Of a DNA stretch of 64,000 nucleotides, positions 48,510 to 64,000 are shown in pieces (positions within the stretch are counted from its first letter, which is position 1; each line of letters starts with the position of its first letter). Below the pieces are notes generated by a model. The model had not been told where the DNA came from. It saw only the letters and a list, made by a program, of their open reading frames with translations, and searched no databases. Source of the stretch: the human T2T-CHM13v2.0 reference genome, Homo sapiens; NCBI RefSeq assembly GCF_009914755.1, contig NC_060947.1, one strand, 5' to 3'. Made by a program: the position numbers and the translations under genes.

Positions 48510-51500
48510 TGTAGCTGGTATTTTTAACTATCTCTTTCCACTGTCCATTCTATACTTCCCTTTTCCTCAGCAAGAACTCCATCTTGCTATGTTTTTTTTT
48601 CCTGTTTGGGTAACTCAAACTTTTATTTCTGAATGTTCTAGGCCATTCACAGTTCTATCTGAATTTAGTTGCTGTATTTTTTTAACTTATTTTTCTCACA
48701 GGACACGATAGTACTAACAGCCTCTCCCTAAGGAATCTCTTGTAAGCCTTACATGCTATTTCTTACCTCCACATATTTTTTTAACCTCCATTTTATAGTA
48801 ATAACTCAATTTTCCCTTTGTAATCAGAATCAATCACCTCAGTCAGTACAGTAACTTGCTTCTTTGCCTGTTGATTCAGAGACAAAATTTGCTCAAAATG
48901 GCTGGGTGGAAGTTTCAACTTCCAGGTTAATTGAATCATTATCATGTCCCCACTGGAATCATTCCTCCCTTTGGAACTAAGACTTCCAGACCAGCAAAGC
49001 CTAAGGTTGCAGAGATGGAGGCAAAAATTTTGCTACTGAATCACTAGAGGTAATAGTAAACGGTTCTACTTCCATTTTCACCCCTTGATTATTAGATTCT
49101 TAAATCCTGGCTATGGAAGAAATAGCCAGAATACTAATTTAAAGCACCTTCAGCTTCCTGAAGACCATAACTCCAGGCTTGCAAGATTTTGTTACCTAGC
49201 TGGTGATGAAACTGAGGCTTCAAAGGTAAAGATCCATCTGATTACTTGATTTAGGATAATGGAGAACATGAGAAGAACCATAAATTTTATAAGCATAGTC
49301 TCATTGCTCTACTTAATTTTGCTATTTACATCAGTCACTTTATCAGAAGCAATTCTGTGTAGAATAACAGACAGTAGATAAGGTAAATCCACAGATGATA
49401 ATTTTAGCAGAAGTATTGCATGCATGGAGAGCAAATCCATATCACAGCAACTGTCCACTGTGATAAGAAGAAAGTGCTTCCCCATCCATAATGAAAGTCA
49501 TCCAAAATAATAAAACTGCCATCTGGTAGCTGGCTGATCACCTGGGTAAAGGTGCCATATCAGGTACTCAAGTATTGGACTCTGCTGTTGGTGTTTTGAG
49601 AACTCAGCAGTAGGTCCAGCCGGGTCAGCCTTGGCAGGTGGAAATGCACTCTGTGGAGATCATGCACTACCTCCATCCCTGCCACCATGGCCACTTTGTT
49701 CATGAACCCATTTTGCAATAACAGGCATGGCTGTTGAAATAAGCTGGTATCCACATAACTCGTCATCCTATCCACTTGATTATTAAAATCCTCTCCCACT
49801 AAGGTCACACGTAGGTGAGTATTTCAATAGGACACAAATATCATCGTATTCTTTATCCATTCAGAGAGTTATATCCAGATAATTTTTCCACACATCTTTT
49901 TTCTACCAATTGTCCAACTGTATTTTTCTGAGTACGTTGCCATATATCGAAACCATTGGCTATAGCAAATGAACAAGTATACCTATGTCCCACTTACCGC
50001 TTCTACTTATGAGCAAAATGAACATCCAGGTGCACTGAGTTCTTTCTGCTGAGAGGATTTATCTTTGCTACGAGTTTTCAGGATTATCTCAGAAAAGGTC
50101 TATAATGCTGTAGATGTCCACTCTAGGTGATGCTTGCATGTTGTGTAGAATCATCTTTAAACAAGGTCAGAATTTTTTCTTCCTTAGTCAACTGGTTGTA
50201 GAAAATTCCCCACAAGGCCATAACATAGCATGTGAGAGGTAAGATAATGTAGCAAGCATAGGAACCACAGATATTTGGTCCACTTCTTCATGCAAATTAT
50301 GTGTGCCTTTAACATCTATTAAAGCATAGTTCCATATATATTACTTTTATTTGATAATGGAGCACTGCTGTGCATGCCCAAATTTATGGCTTAGATGGTC
50401 ATGTAACATTTAGTTTATGATGGGTAGCTCAAGAAGCATGATAACATGGTGGCTCATGGTTAAGTATTCAGTCTCTAGTATGGCCTACAGCAAGTCAAAA
50501 GGTGCTTCTCAGAAGAAGAATATTTAACTGCAGAGGAAAACAGAGTTTTGCTCCAAATTCAAAGGTTCTGCATTATGATTCACTTACAGAGACCTCCAAG
50601 GGCTCCAAACAGCATATTTATCATTCACTGACACTTAAAACACCATCATATCAGCTGCATTATGTAGCCCAAGTGGCAGAGCAGCTTGCATAGCAGCCAT
50701 GACTTCTTGGGAACTTCTCTTTTTCTGGACCTCACTGAAAACAACCAGTTTCTTAGGTCATTCAGTAAATGGACTTGTCCTAGTTCATTTGATCTGCTCT
50801 AATAAAATACCACAAACTGGGTAGCTTATAAACAACAAAAATTTATATCTCATAGTTTTGGAGGCTACAAGATCAAGGGAAGTACAAGATCAAGGTACCA
50901 GTAGATTTGGTGTTTGGTGATAAACCACTTTCTGGTTAACAGATGGCACCATCTTGTGTGTTTTCACATGTGGAAGAGGCAAGGCAGCTGTCTGGGGTCT
51001 CTTTTATAAGAACACTAATCCCATTCATAAGAGGTCCACCCTTATGATCTAATGACATCCCAAAGACCCTCCCCTCCTAATACTATCACATTGGTGATTA
51101 AATTTCAACATATAAATTTGAAGGGACACAAACATTCAAACCACACCAGGGCTGAAGTAGCCCACACAAATGTAGAATTTGTTGCCTCCACAAAATTGAA
51201 AAGGGCTGATTTAGTGCTATGCCTGTTTTTTGTGGTATGAGGGAGCAGATACAGCAACTTATGTTTTACCTTAGGAGGGCTATTTCAACATGCCCCACAC
51301 CACTAGACACCTAGAAATTTTACTGAGATAGAAGCCTCCAGTTATTTTGTGGAATGTATTTTCAACTTTCTGGTACGCAAATGTCTTAATGTTTTGCCTA
51401 GAGTTATTCTTACTTCCTGCTCAACAACTCCAGTCAACATAATATTATCAGTGTAATGGACCACCATGATATCCCTAAGTCTGTGCAAAGGAAAGGTGAT

Positions 51501-53250
51501 CAAGGACACTATGGACTAAATTATATAAAGATGGAGAGTTGCTACAATCCTGAGATAGGACAGTGAATGTATATTGCTGACCTTGTAAGCTGAAAGCAAA
51601 CTGTTTCTGGTAGTCTTTACTAGCAGGTGCGAGAAAAAAAATGCATTTCCTAGACCAAAAGATGCAATGTACCCAGGACTGGGCTACTTGTTTAAGGAAC
51701 AAAACCACATTTAGAACAGAAGCTTCAAATAAAATCACCACTTTATTAAATTTATGATAATCTCTATTATTCTCCAACAGTCATCTGTTTCTTCGTAGGC
51801 CAAGTAGGTGAGTTGAATGGGTATTTGGTGAAAACCATCACCCCTATATCTTTGAAGTTTTTTTTATGATGGCACTAATCTGAAATGTTGCTAGGAATGT
51901 GATATTAATTTTGGTTTATTATTTTCTTATATAATGGCAGTTCTAGTGGCTTCCATTTGAGTTTTCTACCATAACTGCCCACATTCCATTGGTTATGAAT
52001 AAATGTGGGGATTCTTACAGTTGCTGAGTTTGTCTATCCAAATTACACATTCTGAAAGTTGGGAAACAATAATAGGATGGGTTTGGGGACCTACTGGGTG
52101 CACTGTAAGATGAACCTGAGCTAAAACTTCATTGATCAACTGACTTCTATAAACCTCTATTCTAATTGTTGGGCCATGGTAACATTTTGGGTCTCTTGAA
52201 GTTAGTGTCACTTCAGAGCCCAGTGTCCAGTAACTCCTGAATAGTCTGATTATTTCAGTTTCCCCAATTAACAGTCACTTTTATAGATGAGTAGGTCATG
52301 AGAGAAAGACTAAGAGTATATATTTTTGGCAGTATACCAAGGTCATTCTTTAGAGGATCTGTCCTTTCCTTCATAAAAGGGGTTCTGGGTCTATACACTA
52401 TCTTAAGTCAGGGAATTGAATGTGCAGCCATGACTATAAATTGGTAGTTCAAGTTAGATTTCTGTTCACTAGACCTAAAACTTTTCCACTTATGTATGTT
52501 AATTAAGAATTTAGTAGAATATCTATTTCTTTTGTGGGGACATCATGATCAACCAGTTAACACCATAGGTTTCTGTGAGTCAAACTCTTCTGATTACCAC
52601 TTAGGCTCCATTCTTCATTATGTTAACCATGCCCATCTTGTCATTGGCAATTTAGTATAATGACTTGGCCCCTGGAACCCTGTGATGCTGTTATCCTCAT
52701 TGCATATTGAGATTTCTCTGCAATGGCAGGATTTGCCACTGTTATTTCTAACCTATGAAGAAGAGTAACCACAGATCTCTTTAAGGATGCTGGGCTAAGT
52801 TCCCCTAACACATGTAGTTCTCTCAGGTATGGTAAAAAGTTTGTCCTTTGGACCCTCTCAGGGGTGGATGCGCAGGTTTTACACAATAAATTTACTCTAA
52901 AATTTGAGTCTCATTAAGTCTTTGCATTCCATCTTGTACAGTATACCAAGGCAATTGTAGCATTTCAATTTAATTTAGTGTAGGCCACCTTAGGATCCAT
53001 GCCAACCAACCAACTAACCAATCAACCAAGCAACCAAAGTCTTAGAGACATTTCTACCCATGCCCACAAGCTAAAACTATAATCTCTGCTTAGTGGACCC
53101 CTATTAATAAATTCAACTTGACCTAACTTTATATTTCTTCAACCATTACCCCACATCCTAAAAATCCATTTCCACACATATTCCTCAGGCTTCTGTTTGT
53201 ACGGTAAAATCATTCAGTTATTTTGCTGTGTATCGTATCTTTTTATGGGT
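48510..53250 (-). mobile_element. Degraded ERV-L internal region (gag-pro-pol)
   Basis: Protease-like 51993-52211 (INEVLAQVHLTVHPVGPQTHPII), RT-like 51475-51777 (QKQFAFSLQGQQYTFTVLSQ), RNase H-like 49560-49808 (EDFNNQVDRMT), in the correct order on -; no cognate LTRs seen. Confidence 0.85.
50776..51148 (-). mobile_element. MLT1A-like MaLR solo LTR within ERV-L pol
   Basis: aaaataccacaaactgggtagcttataaacaac...gggacacaaacattcaaacc; 5-bp TSD ggact / gggct. Confidence 0.85.
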
Positions 53251-54615
53251 CACACTTTGAGATGATTATACAGCTTTTTGTTTTGTTTCATTAATACACT
53301 GTGTTTCATTGATTGATTTTCAGATGTTAAAGCAATCTTAGTCATGGTGTGTAGTCTTTTCTATATGTTGCTGAATTCAGTAAAGTGATATTTTAGTGAG
53401 AATTTTGGCATTTATATTTATACAGTTATTGATCTCTTCTTTCCTTTCATTGTTATATCTTTGGCTGGCTGTGGTATCAAGGTAATGCTGTCCTCAATGT
53501 AGAATAAATTGGGAGGTTTTCCATCCTCTTTTATTTTTAGAAGAGTTTGTAAAATACTGATGTTAATTCTTTAAAAATTTGGAGTAACTTACTAGTGAAG
53601 CTATGTGGGCCTCAACTTTGCTTTGTGCAAAATTTCCTGATTAGCAATTTTGTCTCTTTACTTGCTTATTATAGGTCTATTCAGTATTTAAAATTTTTGA
53701 TTCAGATTCAGAAGTTTGTGTTATTATATAAATTTATCCATTTAATTTGTGGAAATACAGTTGTTCATATCATTCCCCTATAATCCCTTTTTATTTCAAT
53801 TAAGTCAGTGATGATAGTGCCTCTTTCAGTCCTGATTTTAGGAGTTTTAGTTTTCTCTTCTTTTTGTTTTGATAAGTCTACCTAAAGATGTGTCAATTTT
53901 ATTGACCTATTTAAGAAATTAATTTTTGTTTCATTGATTTTCTCTATTATTTTTGTATTCTGTATGTCAGCTTTTTATATTGTAATGTTTAGTTTCGTTC
54001 CTTCTGCTTCTTTGGGTTAAGTTTTATTTTATTTGTAGTTTTTCAAAAGTTTTAAAACGGAAGAAGTATCTCAAATCATTGACATTTTTAATATATGTCT
54101 TCTAATCTATAAACTTCTGTAAAAGAACTAGTTTAATTGTATTCAGTAAGTTCTAGCATGTTGTGTTTTCATCTTTGTTTATTCAGAGTATTTTCTAATC
54201 TCTCTTGGGTTACTTTCTTTGACTCATTTTTTATTTAAGAATCTGTTTTCAAATTTGCTCGTATTTGTTAATTTCCAGAATGTCCTTCTCTTATTCATTT
54301 TAAAATTGTATTCCATTATAATCAGAAAATATATTTTTGAAATATTAATCCTCTTAACCTTATTAAGCTTTAATTTATTGCTTGATGTATGCTCTGTGTT
54401 GGAGATTGTTCCACTGTGCACTTGAGAAGAATATATATTCTGTTGTAGTGTGGTGTAGGGATCTATCATCATCTGTTAAGTTTAGTTGATTTATAGTGTT
54501 GCTCAAGTTTTGTATATCCTCGTTAACCCTCTCTCAAGTTGTTCTAGCCATTATTGAAAGTAGACTATCAAAGTCTTCAACTACTAGTGGTGACTTGTTT
54601 ATTTCTCTTATTTCT

Positions 54616-58229
<3,614 letters not shown>

Positions 58230-60158
58230 TTATTTCTCTTATTTCTGTTAGTTTTTGCTCCATATATTTCAGGACTATATTGTTAGATGTATGCATGTTT
58301 TTAATTGCTGTTTTCTAATCAAATGACCCTTTTATCATTATGTCATATCCTTTGTATTTAGTGGCAATTTTTGTCTAAAGTCTGTTTTGTCTGATGTAAG
58401 TATAGCCGCTCCAGCTTTATTTTGTATACAGTTTACATAGCATATCTTTTCATTTTCTTTAACACTCAATCTCTCTGTGTCGTTGAATCTAACCTGTGTC
58501 TCTGTAAGCAGTATTTGGTTGTATATAGTTTTTTATTTTAATCCATTCTACCACTCTCTGACTTTTATGGGAGTGTTTAATTTATGTGTAATGTAATTAT
58601 TGATAAAGTTGGATGTACATCTACTATTTTGTTATTTGTTTTCTTATTGATTTATATTATTATGACATTTTTCTTCAACCTTTCATTTCTATCTTCATTT
58701 GTGTTTCATATATGTACCATTGTAATTAATTTATTCCTTATTATACTTCAGTTTTTGAGTTATTTTCTTAAAAGGTTTTTGTGGATTTCAACTAACATCT
58801 TACATTAAAATAGTCTGGTTCAGATTAATACCAACTTAATTTCAATAGTATGAAAATGTTTCTCTTATAGTCCCATTTCCTCCTTGAACTTTTTTATTTT
58901 TTTGTATACAGATTGCTTTTTACATATTTTAAACCCACCAACACAGGTTTATAATTATTTGTAGTTATGGCTTTATGCATTTTTTTTCTTTAAATTGCAG
59001 AGTAAAATAAAAGTGCTGCAAACAAATAGATGTTGAAATTCATTTATGTATTTCCTTGTGTAATTACCTGCATTGGTGATGTTTACTTCCTCCTTTGGGT
59101 TTCAGTTACTGTCTTGTGTCCTTCCAATTCAGCCTGAAGGGCTCCATTTGGTATTTTTTGTTGATCAGTGCTGCTATCAATGACTTTTATTAAATTTGAT
59201 TATTTGACGTCATCTTAAATTTTCCTTTATTAAAGAATAGTTTTCTGAACATGTTATTTTTCTGGTTGTTCTTTATTTTGTTTCTTACCAATCAATATAT
59301 TCTCCATTCAATTTCATGGTATGCATTCCTAGAAAGCTTGTTTTTTCAAAAGTGGGTAAAAATAATAATTCAATTTCTCCTGAAATGTTAGATTGTAGTT
59401 AAAACTGAATTTTGGGTTTTTAAAATTTTTCTGATTTGTTTCAAATTATTTTCATTGATATATAATCTTTATACATGTTTGGGGTACTTTGTAATATTTT
59501 ATTCATAACATATATTAGCTATGCCTGCTTTGGGGATATTTTGTAGGATATATGTGATAGTATGTTGTATGAATATAATATACCTAATAAAGGTAATTTG
59601 GACATCCATAACCTCAAACATTTATCTTCTCCTTTTTTTGAGAACATTCCAATTCTTCTTTGCTAGTTGTTTTTAAACACATAGCATATTATTTTTAACT
59701 ATAGTCATCCTAATGTGCTATCAAACACTAGATCTTATTTATTTTATATAATAGTATTTTGGTACACGTTAAGCAGGCTATCTATTTCTCCTTCACTTCT
59801 GCCCTTCACAGCCTCTGATAATCACCAATCAATCCTCTACTTTCATGAGATCCACTTTTTAATCCCCCACATACAAGTGAGGACATGTGATGACTGTCTT
59901 TTGACCTCCATTTCCATCAGTGTTTATGCAAAGGACAGGACTTCATTCCTTTTTGTGCCTAAATATTTCATTTTTATATGTGTCACATTTTCTTAATCCA
60001 TTAATTTGTTGATGAACACTTAGGTTGCTTCCACATCTATGATATTGAGGATAGCACTACAATAAACCTGAAGGTGCAAGCCTCTCTATGATGTATTAAT
60101 TTTCCTTCCTTTGAATAAATACCTAGTAGTGAGATTGCTGGATCATATGGTAGTACCA

Positions 60159-60191
<33 letters not shown>

Positions 60192-61210
60192 CAGAAACCT
60201 CCATCCTCTTCTCCATGGTGCTTGTACTAATTTATATTCCCAACAACAGTGTAAAAGCATTCCCTTCTCTCCACAACCTCACCAGCATTCTTTATTGTCT
60301 TTTATTTTTATTTTTTGGATAAAAGCCATTTTTGCTTGGGTGAGATAATATCTCATTGTAATTTTGACTCAGATTTTTCTGATAATCGGTAATATTGAGT
60401 ATCTTTTCATATGCTTGTTTGCCATTTGTATGTCACCTTTTGAGAAATGTCTAGTAAGATATTTTGCCCATTTCTAAATCAGATTGTTAGAATTTTTTCC
60501 TATTGAGTTGCTTGAATTCTTTACATATTTTCGTTATTAATCCTTTGTTGAATGAATAGCTTGAAAATATTTTCTTCTATTCTTTAGGTTGTATCTTCAT
60601 TTTGTTAGTGGCTTTCTTTGCCATGTGGAAGCATTTAGGTTTGGTGTAATTTTGTCTGTTTCTTCTTTGTCACATATGTTTTTGAGGTCTTACTCAAAAC
60701 ATCTTTGCCCAGACCAATGTTCTCAAGAGTGTCCCCAAACATTTTTCTTCTTGTAGTTTTATACTTTCAAGTATCAAATTTAAGTCTTTATTTTTGATTT
60801 GATGTTTGTATTTGGTGGGAGATGGGGGGTCATCATTCTTCTGCACATGGTTATTCAGTTTTCCCAGTACCATTTATTGAAGAGACTGTTCTTTCCTCAG
60901 TATATGTTCTTGGCATTTTTGTCAAAAATGAGTTGACCATGAATGTGTGGATTTATTGCTAAGGCCTCTATTCTGTTCCATTTGTCTATGTGGGTTTTTA
61001 TGCCAGTACCATGCTGCTTTGGTTACTATGGCTTTGGAGAATGTGTGTGATGTCTCCAGCTTTGTACTGTTTTTCCTCAGCATTTTTATTTGGTATTTTG
61101 GATTTTCTGTGGTTTCATACAAATTTTAGGATGTTTTCCCTATATCTGTGAAGAATGTCATTTATATTCTGACAGATACTACATTAAGTCTGTAGATTGT
61201 TTTGGGTGTT

Positions 61211-61559
61211 TGATATGGTTTGACTCTGTGTCCCCACCCAAATCTCATCTTGAATTGTACTCCCATAATTCCTATGTGTTGTGGAAGGGACCCAAGGGGA
61301 GATGATTTGAATCATGGGGGTGATTTCCCCCATACTGTTCTTTTGGTAGTAAATAAGTCTCACGAAATCTGGTGGTTTTGTTGGGGGTTTCCGCTTTTGC
61401 CTCTTCCTCATTTTCTCTTGCCACCACCATGTAAGAAGTGCCTTTCACCTCCTGCCATGAGGCCTCCCCAGCCATGTGGAAATGTAAATCCAATTAAACC
61501 TCTTTTTCTTCCCAGTCTTCCCAATGTCTTTATCAGCAGTGTGAAAACAGACTAACACA
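61211..61559 (+). mobile_element. THE1 solo LTR
   Basis: tgatatggtttg...tgtccccacccaaatctcatcttgaattgta...tttatcagcagtgtgaaaacagactaacaca; TSD gtgtt / gtggt. Confidence 0.92.
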
Positions 61560-62859
61560 GTGGTATTGCCATTTTACCAATAGTAATTCTTCCATTCCAA
61601 GAGTATGACAAATGTTTCCATTTTTCTGTATCCTCTTCAACTTTTTTCATCAGTGTTTTACAGGATTTTGTGTAGATCTTTCACTTTTTGGGTTAAATTG
61701 ATTCCTAGGTATTTTACACATTTTTAGCTATTATAAATATAATTACTTTATTTCTTTTTTCATTTTTTGGCTATTACTGCATATAAATCCTGCTAATTAT
61801 GCTATGTTGATTTTTTTATCCAAGCACTTTACAATTTGTTTTACATTTTTAATGTTTTTGAGTGGAACTTTTACAGTTCTCTAAATATAACATCATGTCA
61901 TCAGCAGACAAGAATAATTTGACTCTTTCCAATTTTGATGCTCTTTATATCTTTATCTTGATCTTGCCTAATTTCTCTTGTTGAAACTTTTACTACTATA
62001 TTGAATAAAAGTGGTGGAAGTGGGCATCCTTGTCTAATTGCAGATTATGAAGAAATAGCTTCAATTTTTTCCCATTTAATATGATGTTAATTGTGGATTT
62101 GTTATAAATAGCCTTTATTGTTTTGAGGTATGTTCTTTCCATACCTAGTTTGTTGTTAAGTGACCTTAAATTTTCTCAAATGCTTTTTGGCATCTAATAA
62201 AATCATTATGTAATTTTGCCTTTGATTCTGTTAATGTTATGTATCACATATATTGATTTGCATATGTTGAACCATCCTTGGAATGAATCAAACTTGATCA
62301 TGATGAATTATGTTTTTAATGCATTGTTGTATGTGGTTGCTAGTATTTTATTAAAAGTTTTTGAATCCAAGTTAACCAGGGATATTACTTTTAGTTTCTT
62401 TTTTTGTTATGTCTTTGTCTGGTTTTTGTATCAAGGTAATGCTGGCCATGTGGAAAAAATTTGAAAATTATTGGGAATATTATTTCTTATTCAATTTTTT
62501 AAAGAATGTGAGTAAAAATGATTTTACTTCTTTTTTAAATGTTTGGTAGAATTCAGCAGTGAAGCGGTCAGGTCCTGGCTTTTCTTTGCTATGAGCCTTT
62601 TTATTGCTGTCTCACTTTTATTATTCATTATTTGTCTTCTCAGGTTTTTAATTTCTTCATGGCTCAATCATTGCAGGTTGTAGGTTGGGTGTATCAGAAA
62701 AGTTATCTACTTCTGTTTTTTCAATTTGTTGGCATATAGTTATTCTAATGATTCTTTGTATTTCTGTGGTATCACTTGTTATGTCTCCTTTTTTTTTACT
62801 TCTGATTAAAATTACTTGGTTCTTCTCTCCCTTTTTTTAGTCTAGCTAAAGTTGATCTT

Positions 62860-63205
<346 letters not shown>

Positions 63206-64000
63206 TAGTTCCATTGGTCTTTCATATTTTTTGTTCTAGTTTTATTTATTTATGCTTTGATCTTTAATACTTCTTTTGTTCTACTAAATTTTGGGTTGGT
63301 TTGTTCCTGCTTTTTTAGTTCCTTGAGTTTTTTTATTTGAAATACTTCTACTTTTTTGATGTAGGCATTTGTTGCTATAAACTTCCCTCTTATTGCTACA
63401 TTTGATGTATCCCATAAATTATGGTATGTTGTGTTTTCATTTTGATTTATTTTAAAGATATTACTAAATTTTCTTCTGAACTTCCTTATTGATTCATTAA
63501 TTGCTCAGGAGGATTTTATTTAATTTTTATTTTGCTTTTGTGTATAGTGAGAGATAGGGGCCTACCTTCATTCTTCTGAATATGAATATCCAGTTTTTCC
63601 AGTGACATTTATTAAAGAGACTGTCTTTTCCACAGTGTATGTTCTTGGCATTTTGTAGGTGTGTGGATTTGTTTCTGGGTTCTCTATTATGTCCTCTTGG
63701 TCTATGTTATCTGTATTTATGCCAATTTCATGCTGTTTGGGTTACTATAGCTCTGTAGTATAATTTGAAGTCAAGTAGTATGATTCCTCCCGTTTGGTTC
63801 TTCTTTTATCTTAGGATAGCTTTGGACATTTTGTGTCTTTTTTGGTTTCATGTCAATCTTAGAATTGCTTTTTCTATTTCTGTGAAGAAAGTCATTGGTG
63901 TTTGGAAAGGGATTGTGTTGAATATGTGGATTGTTTTGGATAGTATGGAGAGTTTAACAATATTGATTCTTTTAATCAATGAATATGGACTATTTTTCCA

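Noticed and set aside
53000-53038. (CCAA)n and other short arrays such as (TAAA)n and (TTTG)n as CRISPR-like or functional repeats
   Set aside because: Simple microsatellites without spacers in eukaryotic DNA
48510-53250. Domesticated ERV-L gag/pol gene
   Set aside because: Only short broken frames, and pol is interrupted by an MLT1A LTR

Overview
Primate (human-like) genomic DNA that is AT-rich, CpG-poor and almost entirely made of nested transposable elements. It holds two full-length but decayed LINE-1s on the minus strand (L1PA7-like at 6.2-12.7 kb, L1PA5/6-like at 25.4-31.5 kb), many truncated L1PA/L1PB/L1M pieces, two AluS, MaLR elements (THE1, MST, MLT1A), ERV1-class remnants (MER57-, MER21- and MER4-like) and a degraded ERV-L provirus. 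Nearly all listed ORFs are L1 or ERV-L fragments, or their antisense shadows. The one large non-repeat island (~32.6-35.8 kb) carries a chain of minus-strand GT-AG exons whose reading frame is interrupted by stop codons. This is a candidate decayed multi-exon gene or spliced ncRNA that I cannot name. Other notable structures are an apparent gene-conversion tract between two inverted L1s, a 5'-inverted L1 nested inside another 5'-inverted L1, a head-to-head L1 fusion near the symmetry axis, and a local fold-back duplication. Subfamily labels come from remembered consensus sequences, and repeat boundaries without a TSD are approximate.
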